From the NCBI RefSeq assembly GCF_008831285.2, contig NC_045138.2, positions 19,716,001 to 19,780,000 on the forward strand: a stretch of DNA of 64,000 nucleotides. Reading direction: 5' to 3'. The stretch comes from Nymphaea colorata. Lineage: Eukaryota. Made by a program: the position numbers and the translations under genes. Shown here one piece after another: positions 1 to 10,387 of this stretch. Positions within the stretch are counted from its first letter, which is position 1, and each line of letters begins with the position of its first letter. Below the pieces are notes generated by a model. The model was given only the letters and a program-made list of their open reading frames with translations, was not told where the DNA came from and made no database searches.

Positions 1-3000
1 TTTCTCTATGTGTTTGAGTCACTTTATATTGTCGCTCCATATGGCGGCAGGCCAAAGTTTAAAGTTCATGATTTGGAAGAAGGTTTAGCAAATTTTTACA
101 AGATCAAGTGCCTTGTCAAACAAATTCCAACATTAGAGGTTATCACCGGAAGCCATTGAAACTTTCTACGTAGTTATGCATAACATTTTGCCAAAACTCA
201 AGAAATGAGTTTCATGCAAGTTCGGTATAAAACGTTAATCTTTAAGAAGCCTTTAAGGCTTGAACTCTATTTTTCTTCCAGGTATCAGTGGGAAGTTTGG
301 AGGTCGACAGAGTTCTTTAATTCATACAAGGATGTTTAAGCCCGCTGATCGGTACACCTGTCACAGAATGGAGTGTTCTCTTCTATGCTTTCCATCTATC
401 CGGCGGAATGCCAAGTAGGACTCCCTCGCTTGCATCGCGAAGCACGAACATCACGCAATCCAACATCCTCTGCAATCTAAGATGCGTTTATTTATGTACG
501 TGATTTCCCAGGGAACTTGTGAGGAGATGAGGTTAGTCGGCAAAGCGAAGCAAACCAAGAAGGTTCTCGAAGACCACGGAAGGAGAAGACGAAGGTTTGG
601 AGCGATGAATCTTAAGGGAAAAGAAAGTTGAATGAGGAAATTCATGGTGTTTCCACAGTTCCACCGTTGTTGTCAACCGTCGGACTCCAGGATAAGCCAG
701 TCGGGCGGGTCATGGTTCATTACCAGTTGACTAACTAGGCACGTTTTGGGCCGTATATGCATTTGTTAGTTTTTCACCTTGGTGAGAGTTTGAGAATTTT
801 CAACAAACAGTTGCTGAACATACATAATAAATGCATAAAGATGGAAAGCATAAAGTGTTAGGCAGTCGGACTTCCAGTTTTTTATTAGTAAAAAAATACT
901 TTGGTACGAAGAAAGAAAAGAAATTAAGAGAGATACTCCAAAGAGGCTGAACCCTCTTCTCATTTCCTCCAGGTTTTGCATTAAAAATTAAAACTTAAGT
1001 TGAGAGTTGCATTAAAACTTAGGTTGAGAGTGATATTCATATACCTGTCAACTATAATGTCATACCTGTCAACTATTGTTCATAGTTCAGATGAGTAGTA
1101 TCTATTAGAATAGAATTAAGAAATTTGACCAGCTGCAATTGTTCGTACTATGGAAGAACTAAGTTTATTTGGCTGCGGGGATATACTATGAGTATCACAA
1201 GAAACTGCTTATAGATTGAGAGAAACTCATGGAACTCTAGTTTTAGTGTTTCATGAATTACACCAATCTTTACAACTTCAGGCACACCAAAATCCAAGAT
1301 TATATATTGCCATGCAGCAGGGACAATGTCTGACATCCTCACAAGGAAGAAGAATGGGTAAAGACCATGCCTGCATAAGCACCGCTGATCTGGTCATGAC
1401 TCCTGGCTCCTGGATCATTCATCTGCTTGCACGCTTATCATAAGGATGCTCTATTGTTTGGTTGTGGTTTCGGAAGTAGGCTGTTTTTGGTTTGCGCCTT
1501 GCTGACTTGTGTAAAATAAAAGAGGTGGGAAGGTGCAGTACTTTGATGTGTTCTTGTTTCTATTTAATTGAGATGGGCGGCGAAGCGGTGCTCTTGTGAT
1601 GATTGGTGGTGGTGGTGGTGGTGGAGAGGGGATGAGCGGAGGAAGTGGTAGTGGTGGACCGGTGGTGGTGGTTAGTGAGGAGAGGGAAGCCATTAGTCCG
1701 GCACATCAGGAGCTGCCTCAGACCAACAAATTGCCATCTTAGGGCAGCCAAGGCAGGTAGGACAAGGGAGCGGTTGCAGCGCAGCTATTATTGCAACGAA
1801 GATTCTGCACTCTTTTTCCTGTTTGCTCGACATCTCCAAGCTGGTGGTTGATGAGCCTGAAATTGCGAAATTCTAAAATTAATCAAACAAAAAATTTTGA
1901 TTCTGAAATTATAGGTTCATTCTTCAGAATTATGATCCTATCATAAGGGGTGGACTTATGATTTAGAAACTTTTAAAAGTTTTCATTTTTTAGATACATG
2001 TCATGATGGTTTTAATTCAACAATTCTAGAATTTGAATTTCAATTCGTGTTTTATCAAACACGCCATTTTTAATTCTGAAATTAAAGTTCAACACTATGA
2101 AAAAGCAAAGGGAAACTGGAATTGAAATTGTCATTCCAGTTTGAGTTTGAGGCGGAATTTTGTTTCTACAATTTCAATTTTAGAATCAAAACTCAAGGCT
2201 GTCAAAGGCTCCCCAAGTGTGGGCTGAAATAATTTCAGTTAGAAGCCTCTATTCTTTTATTTTGTGAATAAAACCATGTCATGATGGTTTTATTCGCTTG
2301 TAAGAGAATAAGGTAAGTTTGTCGATCTCACAAACTGGATACTTGTAGTTTATAAGATAATGAGGTAAGTTTGTCAAATTTAGGAACCCTTGACCGCAGT
2401 TACGTGCAGAATCAACACTTGCATTTTATGTCCTTTCATTTGCATCAGTGAAAGGGCGCAATCACTTTCTGATGCGGAGCGCACACTCTGCAGGCTGTTT
2501 TATTATAGTGGTTAAGTTTCTCACTGTCGCAGGTGAAAAGCCACAATAAACAACCTCCTTGAAACAATTTTTTGAGAATTACATCAAGGGGTTAAAGTCC
2601 ATATTCCATAGGCTGAACGAATTTTGTGGCACGCCCACTTGTTAGCTGTTTTTGGTAATTTTTTCACATCCATGTATGAGAGACGGGTTAACCTTATATT
2701 TTTAGGGTTTATGTGAATATTACAAAAATGAGCACAAAACAGGTCCTTCGGACACGGAAGATGAGTATTATTAGCTGCCACAAATTCAAGCCGTTAATTT
2801 CAAATTCTATAACATTTTACCTATACATTTATTTTCAGGTGCTCGCTAGTTTGTCTTAACTCATCTAAGAAATATGTCCATTAACAAAATAAATGATTAT
2901 GATCTTTTGTTTTATTACTTTTAGTGATGAATTTCATAATAAAGAAAGTCGTGATTGTTTATTTCGTCATTTCCTAAGGCTTCTTAGTTCTTTGGTGCGA

Positions 3001-3095
3001 AAAACTTTCAGAAACTCATAGTTTTGGTGCTGGTATCTCAATCAACTCTATGGAACTTGTCACAAATAAGAAAATAAAAGCCCCCAAACAACAAA

Positions 3096-3166
3096 GCACC
3101 AGTGGTCTAGTGGTAGAATAGTACCCTGCCACGGTACAGACCCGGGTTCGATTCCCGGCTGGTGCA
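3096..3166 (+). tRNA. tRNA-Gly (anticodon GCC), intronless, nuclear Pol III gene
   Basis: 71 nt from GCACCAG to CTGGTGCA. 7-bp acceptor stem, A-box TGGTCTAGTGG, anticodon loop CTGCCAC, B-box GGTTCGATTCC, upstream CAA repeats. Matches the canonical plant tRNA-Gly(GCC). Confidence 0.98.
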
Positions 3167-3176
3167 TTTTTTTTTT
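3167..3176 (+). terminator. Pol III oligo-T terminator of tRNA-Gly
   Basis: Run of 10 T immediately after the discriminator base. Confidence 0.85.
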
Positions 3177-3703
3177 CCATTTTTTTGACTTTCTTCTCTA
3201 CCTTACATCTCATCCACTCACTTGGTTGCATTTGTATTTTATAACGTACCGACCTTTACAGACTCACGGTTTTTTTCTTCCTTCTCTTTTAATAATTTGC
3301 TGCGTCAGGCCCACTCCCAACCAGCGTATTGATATGCAATAAATAACTTATTACAACATCTCAGGCTCATCCCATCCCAATGGTACAATAGGAATTCCAT
3401 ATACTAACCAGTATAAGAGATGCACCTCCAGTACTGAACTCTTGGCCTTGTTCAACCACATGGTGAAGAAAACCTACACTTGAAATCTTCATTTGACATT
3501 TTCTAGTGAAAAACCTTTTGATTTAAGATTAGAGGAGAATATGCTAATCTTAGAGCAACATATCTCGAGTTCTTTGGGATCTTAGAGTAGGGCAGATTAA
3601 GCAAAATCAAATGCCCATCCAATGTTTCCCAATCTTTCTCATACAGATGAGTCCTAACCAACTTTCCTTCATGTTAAAATGAAAACAACCTGTACCCTGG
3701 GTC

Positions 3704-3897
3704 GCCTAACTATGCGCTAACCCAGATTCCACAAAGGGTTGAACTGGAAGCCGGGTTACGGTGGTGCCTAAGTGCTTGCTAACCTAGATATCACAAAGGG
3801 TTGAACCGCAAGTCGGGATATGATGCCTAACTGTGCGCTAACCTATATCGCACAAAGGGTTGAGCCCTAGCTGGGTTAGGGTTGCATGCTAACCTAC
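3704..3897. repeat. Degenerate ~60-bp tandem repeat, 3 copies plus a partial copy
   Basis: Units start at 3704, 3766 and 3825 and share GCCTAA-N-GCTAACC-N-CACAAAGGGTTGA-N-GGG. Confidence 0.85.
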
Positions 3898-4900
3898 ACC
3901 ATGAATCACCTCAACGCATTTTCTATCCATGACCCCGACCACAATTTTTTTTTTTTTCATCCTCTCAGTATCATTGTCCCAATTGGCGTAGCATACTTGG
4001 TTGGCCTGGTGGACTAGTAAAAATCGAGTCTTGAATTTGATTTCCATGGTTGCTACTCTTCTGAACCAAAAACAGTAATAGACGTTACTCTCAAGTTAAA
4101 GGGAGTAACTCCAAGTTCACCCAGGTCCCAAAGCAACATGAACCCCAAGATCTAGCATAAGGGAGGAGAGGCTTCGACCATTTTGGAGGATCACACTATC
4201 ATTTGCTTTTCTACATTCATGGATATTAATATGGATCTTAAAGTATCATACATGAATCATAGCATAAACTTCTGACAAGAGACAGGTTGGTTTTCATGGA
4301 TAAAGGAATCTTAAATGTTATGTGTCAATTTGATAGAAAGCAATGCGCGAGAGGTGAAAGTCACTCTCTTTTCCCCCTGCTTTTAGGGCTCAAAGTGGTT
4401 TCGAGACCTCGGTGTTTATATGGTACACTGTTAAACTTGAGTGTCATATGTGCCACCATTTGCACTATAGAATGAAACCAGTAACTTAAATCTTGTTTTA
4501 GCTTAATGGATTATTATTGTACTTCAAAATGACCTTTGTTAAAGTAAGAACGCTTCCTCCCATTGTTTAGGTCATCAATCAATGGAATCTCTTTCAAAAC
4601 TTTTTCCTCCCCACTTTGAGTTGAAATAGTGTTTTTATATCGTCATCAGACGGCCTTTTTTCCAACGTATGTGACATGAAGTCCAAAAAGTGAAAGCGGG
4701 TCGGTGATAACAAAGCTTCGAGCCCTCACGGATCAGATACGGTTCCAAATCAAATCTTACCCGAACCATTTCGACGGTCCTCGTTCTCATCGCCCCACGG
4801 GGTGGCGGAGGAAGGAAGAGAAGCCAAGCTTCCCCAATTAAAGAGGACAAATGTTTGTGGTTAGGGCGCCAACTTCTGCCTCGAAGAGTTTCCCCTAATT

Positions 4901-7044
4901 ATGGAGATGTGTGCCGGAATCCGTTCACCCCGTCCTGGATCTTCAATGCCGTCACCGTTTTCGGGGGCGATTTGTCGGACTCAGCCGAAGTCTCGCATCC
5001 GTAGCGCCAATGTGAGGCAATTCTGGAGAGGAATGAGGATTTCCTACCGGAACGGATCTATTCCTTTGAATCAGGTCGGTAATGCGTTAACGGGGTTTTC
5101 CGTTAACTTTTATCTTCCTTTTATTATTAGTATTATCTTTCTGAATTTTTAGCGACTAGAAACCCATGGATTGGAGTCTATGTTGCAATGTGCCCGATGA
5201 TTACTGTAGGCTTCTGAAATTTTTATATTTACTGTATCCGAGTATCATTTTATGGGGGATTTAAGCTTTTGTTTTATTGATTAAATCCTTTTTTTATCTG
5301 CAATTGGCTGGGAGAAAATTTGGATGAGGAATGAGATCTAGTGCTCTTGATGCATCGATATTTTAGTGTGAATCACATAAACTTAAAGTGGGTTGCTTGT
5401 GAAAAACGTTACATGGGCTCAAATTAATTATTTCGTGGAATGGGCTTGACTAAATAGCGAGTAAATGGCAGCAGTACTGCTTTTTTTTCGTTTAAGCAAA
5501 GTTAGAAGGGAGAACTTGAGAAGAGAAGATGATCTCTCAGGATGATGGATTGGAGTGTCACCTGAATTCTGTATTTGGAAATTATAAGAAAAGTGATCAT
5601 ATGTAAGGAATTTCAGAAAATCGAAGCTCCTTTTGGGCTGCTAAAGAACTTCGTCTTTTTTTTTTTCCGGCGTCCCATTTTCCTTATATTGTAGAAAAAT
5701 CGCTGAGTGAGTCGGTTGACTTGTAATACGTAGACACTCAACAATCTTTGCCTTGTAACTCGTATACTCTTATCAAGCTTTTCTTTATACGTTTGGTGCA
5801 TTTGCAATTAGATTAAAGTGGCGGCGGTTTTCTTCGAAGTGTTGCATTTTGTAGGCAACTCATCTGTAATCTTGATGTGAATCAATTATGAAACTCTCTC
5901 TCTCTCTCTCTCTCTCTGCCTCTGTGTGTGTTGTTGATGTGATTCGTTATAAAATCCTTAAACAGAACTCCATATTGGCTGCATTTGCTGCAGGATTTTC
6001 CAAGTTTAGCCAGATGCACTTTGGATCGTTCATTTTGTTATGACAAGCCTATTCCTGAAGAAGTTATCGGAGAACCTGTCGGCGTAGCTTTGGCTGAAAG
6101 AGAAATTGGTAACAATCCTCGTTGCTTTGCATGCGAAGCAAAAGGCGCCATCCTCTGTAGGACATGCTCTGGTTCAGGCCTATACATCGATTCTGTTTTG
6201 GAAAGCCAGGGGATCCTTGTGAAAGTCCGGTGTTTGGGTAAGTCTTCATCCACCTAATGTCGATGAACGGTCCTGTGGAATCTTTATGCCTTTAAATTTC
6301 TGTTTCTTTCATCTGTTTGTCCCTTACGTGGCTCTAGTATCACTAGCTTTTCTTAAATCAGAGGTTCTCTCATCAGGCAGCTAGATATTTTTGTTTCTAA
6401 AGCGCACTTGTCTTTCTGAACCTGCAGTTTTGAGTGAGATGATTTTTCTAATCGTTTCTTACATTTTCTAGTACGTAGGGAATGGATGTTGTCCAATAGA
6501 ACCTTATGCAGATAGTAGCAAGGTTGACAATATTTCCTTTTTCTTATAGAGAAATAAGCTTTGCTAATTCTTGAAAGCATTCCATTACAACGACAGATGT
6601 GAACGACTAGGATTCATTTTTATTTTTTTTAATTTTTTGCTGTAAACATTTTGGTTCTTAGGATTCAATGCAATTTCCTAACATGGCTTCAGAGTTTACT
6701 TTTCCTAATTCTTTTCCCAATGTGAAGACAGATAAGTACATTTATGGTTTTTTATTTATTTTTTCAAATATTACCTTCCTTACCTTAACAGCCTGTGACT
6801 CCTTGTAGAATATAGTGAGCGCTTTCATTTGATCCATGATTCCCTGTAGAAATATTGTAACTTTTCTTGATTCGTGATATTTAACATGAAAGGACACTAT
6901 TCCGATTAGAGTTTGAAAATCTGAAGCTAGTCTTTGATATTATGTAATCTACTTTCTAAGGTGACATTTTGCCTGCCTAAAATAGGTTGTGGAGGTACTG
7001 GAAATATCATGTGTTCACAGTGTGGAGGGCGAGGCCACGTTTGA
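4901..7044 (+). CDS. DnaJ-like zinc-finger (DnaJ/Hsp40 Cys-rich domain, no J-domain) protein, ~158 aa, probably plastid-targeted. Exons 4901-5074, 5994-6237, 6986-7044
   Basis: GT-AG junctions keep the frame. Four CxxCxGxG-type repeats (CFACEAKG, CRTCSGSG, CLGCGGTG, CSQCGGRG). Ser/Arg-rich N-terminus resembles a transit peptide. Confidence 0.9.
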
Positions 7045-7747
7045 TTGGAAGAGGGGCAAAAACTTGCAGCTTCCTGCAAATTATGCCCTTGACGGTACTG
7101 CATGCCTAAAATGTTGTTCATCTGTACTGGCAGCGCATACCTATGTTGTGGTAGATTTCCTTAGTAGATGTTCCTTTTACCAATGGTAATTGTATATGAA
7201 ATTTTGACACCTTTTACTAAATCATGCAAGCCAAAAAGATTGCCTCATTTCAGGCCAGTGAAGAAGGAGGATGATTCAGTCAGTCTACCAGAGTCGAATT
7301 TTGGTTGGGGCAAGTATGAAACAGAGTGGTGTTCAAAAACTCCATTGATTTCCTTATGATATGGTTCCATTTTACAGAGATATCAAGTGATAATTATCCA
7401 TCTGACCGACAATTATCTCTGCTGGTTGTTTATTTCACCATCATTCTCCTCGGAGTTGAGAAGCAAATCTGCATGGAACACTTTGTAGCATCGTGCTGTT
7501 GCAGTTTCTAATGTAGTGCATGGAACGCCATTAGGTGGAAACTATAAACTGGTGGCCCTGTAGATAGAAGAACAAAATTAGAAACTGTGATATGCTGATG
7601 AGTGATGATTGATCCTTCTGACTCAATAATGGAAACAATGAGAATCACATAAAATATTCTGCCGTAATATCAATCTTCCATGTTCCCTCAAATGTTACGA
7701 ATTTAAATTTCAGATGGTTGTACGTACTAGGAACAAAATAGGGCATG

Positions 7748-7748
<1 letters not shown>

Positions 7749-7780
<32 letters not shown>
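7749..7780. repeat. (TA)n microsatellite. Other SSRs at ~5894-5918 (CT), 15122-15150 (TA), 18177-18216 (TA), 24801-24836 (CA/GA), 25677-25760 (TA/TG/TATG), 40747-40805 (TA/GA), 43948-44008 (TA/CA)
   Basis: Directly visible dinucleotide runs. Confidence 0.95.
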
Positions 7781-7784
<4 letters not shown>

Positions 7785-8365
7785 GAGTTGGTAGGTTGTC
7801 AGTTTTTGATTTGGGGTTTTCAAACTCCTTGTGCTGCAAAAGGGAGCGCACTGATATGAAGTTGAAATGTAATGGGGTCATCACTCTTAATACATTGAAA
7901 GCAGGCATGGTAAGTTGAGGGTATGAAAGGAAGGGTAGGGCTTCTGCTTTCAGCCAGGTGGTCGGATGAAAGGGTCCTCACCCGGAACTTGTTATAGCTT
8001 CAACTTCAAGTATTCTGGTGCTTTCTCAACAATGTAAGATTTTTGGAGTAAAAGCTCCTTAATGCGAACAGGACTGTCAAATGACATGAGCAAGCCTAAC
8101 AAGTAACAACTAACAAGGCATGTTGAGGCTCAGTTTCTGGAGCTCATGCTTAGATCCTTTGAAGGGCAAACTTAATTTGTTCTGATGTGGCTCATTAACT
8201 ACTGGGTTAATTTAAACTGAAAGCTTGTGCTAGCAAGCTTGCTAGTTTGATCTAGCAATCATGAAGATCACGTTACCAAAATGCGAGCTTCAAGTTACTG
8301 GTCTCATTTACCTCATGAATTGACTAAGATTACAAGCAGGACAAGACAACGGATAAATATACTTA

Positions 8366-8651
8366 GGGGTGTTTGATTCACTCGGTTATTCACATTCTTT
8401 AAAAATGGGAACTACATTATCATTCCACCGTATGGGACTGATTCCAAAATTCTGGAAATTTTTTTCAATCTTTCTTTGAAGAGGCGCAAGGCTTGAAAGC
8501 TTTAATTGATAAATTATAGCATTTTCATTTCCTTTTCATCAAACAAGTCATTTTTTTTTATTCTGGAATGAAAGTTCTATACTTATCAAACACAAATGAA
8601 AAATTGAAACCTGAATTTTCATTCCAATTCTACATGACATCAAACGCCCCC
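8366..8651. mobile_element. PIF/Harbinger (Tourist-like) MITE
   Basis: TIRs GGGGTGTTTGAT ... ATCAAACGCCCCC, flanked by TTA on both sides. Related TGTTTGAT/ATCAAAC relics lie at ~1850-2215, 14505-14632, 15592-15820, 17790-18005 and 39980-40110. Confidence 0.75.
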
Positions 8652-9566
8652 TTAATAAATAAAAAAGTAAACAAATGGGCAGCATATTACGAGAAAAAAA
8701 GAATGCCGAACTGGAGTAACTATACATACATATGTACTTTCCGGACTCCAGCTGCTCGTTGGTAGCCCATCTGACTAATAAACCGGCTGAGCTTGGAAGA
8801 GCACTAACCATCAAGCTCATTAACTTGTAGGATTGAGTCCAGACAATGTGTGTAGTGGCGGAATCAATTTGAGTCACTGTCTACTCAGCCCAATTTCCAG
8901 CCTCCTGACTTTTAAATATCATTTCAGCCACTCTTTGTGTTTCAAACGCACTAGATACTCAGTTTTTCTTTATTGATTACTTAGATAATACTATCTGAAA
9001 TTTTCTAATTTGCGACTTGTTTGAGCAACAAAGAATATACAGCCGATCGAAAAGACTTATAATCAACCTCCTAACACATGGAGACTAATTCAAAATGTAC
9101 AAGCTTCTGCTCTCCCGGAAGAACTGGTAAGGAAACAAAAAAATAAAATCGAAGACATTTGGTAAATGATGGATTGGAAATGAATCAAAGCGAGTACAGA
9201 TTAACATCACCTCGGCAGTGAACAATGGTGATTTCAAAATTATTTCAGGAACAACTTACAAAATGGCACCTAACTTTTAGGGATTTAAAAAGTAACGACC
9301 CAACGATTTGAGAATTTACGCTTGCTGAAGAAAATACCTCACAAGCGACTGTTCACATGAAGGAAGAAACAGAAAAGTTTAATCGTAAAAGAAACTATGA
9401 AATCTACCCTACATGATTTTAATCCTCAATTTTTGTCAATTTCATTATTTCTATGGTCCTTTTTACTGGTCTAAGGGGTGTTGCGCAGCGGATCAAAATT
9501 TGGTCATTAATTCGATTTTAGATTATTGTGTGCACTAGTATTAGTTTCATTCTATATTATTGTGTG

Positions 9567-10080
9567 TAGGGGTGAACACAAGGTGAGTCGAACCCGAGTT
9601 CAGTCAGCTCAAGCTCGGTTTGACTAATAAAACTTTGAGCTCGATAATAGCTCGACAGAAGTAACTCGAGCTCGACTCGTCAGTTATGTGTTGAGCTCGA
9701 GCTCAACTCGATTAAGGCTCGATAAACTCGTTTGAATAAAATTGATATCCATCGTTATGTGTTGAGCTGGAGCTCGACTCGATTAAGGCTCGACAAAATC
9801 GTTTAAATATAATTGATATTCATCCTTACGTGTTGAGCTCGAACTCGACTCGATTAAGGCTCGACAAACTCGTAAACTCATTTGAATATGTCGATTTGAT
9901 TAAGGCTCGACAAACTTGATTAAGGCTCAAACTCGATTCAGCAGTTATGTGTTGAACTCGAACTCAACTCTGTTATTTGAACGAGCCGACTCATGAACTT
10001 GAGCTCAACTCGTTAAGCAAATGACTCAGCTCGAACTCATTCACGAGTCGAGCTCGAGTAACTCGACTCGTTACTTGCTA
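9567..10080. mobile_element. Non-autonomous DNA transposon (hAT-like MITE) rich in GAGCTCGA/CTCGA motifs, with internal ~70-bp tandem units
   Basis: Begins TAGGGGTGAACACAAG. Repeated unit GTTATGTGTTGAGCTCGAGCTCAACTCGATTAAGGCTCGA. Imperfect 8-bp flanks ATTGTGTG/AATGTGTC. Homologous copy at 42709-43016. Confidence 0.7.
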
Positions 10081-10387
10081 AATGTGTCATTAATAATATT
10101 AAAATACACATTTGTCTTTCGGTTTGCAATCCATTTTAGTGCACACAATCACTAATATTGATTACAAACCGAAAGTTAAATGTGAAATTGAATATCCTTA
10201 ATGACACATTTAGCAAGTAAACAGGTAATATATGACAACCCAAGCTCCCTTTCACATTTATGAATATATAAAATTTTGGTGGCTTTTTCTGTACTTGTGT
10301 TAAGCCCAGGAGTTTGCAGGCGTCCTGTACTTGCTTCCGCGGCTGGAGACCGCCAAATTCAAAAATCCGAAGCACGTATGGCCATCA

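Noticed and set aside
282..339. Possible terminal exon of an upstream gene (TTTTCTTCCAG acceptor, then YQWEVWRSTEFFNSYKDV* or VSVGSLEVDRVL*)
   Set aside because: No upstream context in the window and no recognisable family, so it cannot be distinguished from chance.
1365..1440. Partial miR160-like sequence (CCTGGCTCC) and a weak hairpin
   Set aside because: Only ~9 nt match, and there is no extended miRNA/miRNA* duplex.
1451..1693. Minus-strand 80-aa Pro/Thr-rich ORF (MASLSSLTTTTGPPLP...)
   Set aside because: Composition is driven by a (GGT)n repeat. No domain or downstream exons were found.
3167..3300. Dicistronic tRNA-Gly-snoRNA or a tRNA-gRNA vector remnant
   Set aside because: The T10 terminator follows immediately. 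No C/D boxes or sgRNA scaffold are present.
3704..3897. CRISPR-like repeat-spacer appearance
   Set aside because: The units are homologous along their whole length, there are no cas genes, and the context is eukaryotic.
8230..8245. 16-bp perfect palindrome CTAGCAAGCTTGCTAG
   Set aside because: A single palindrome of this length is close to chance expectation in 64 kb, and there is no supporting context.
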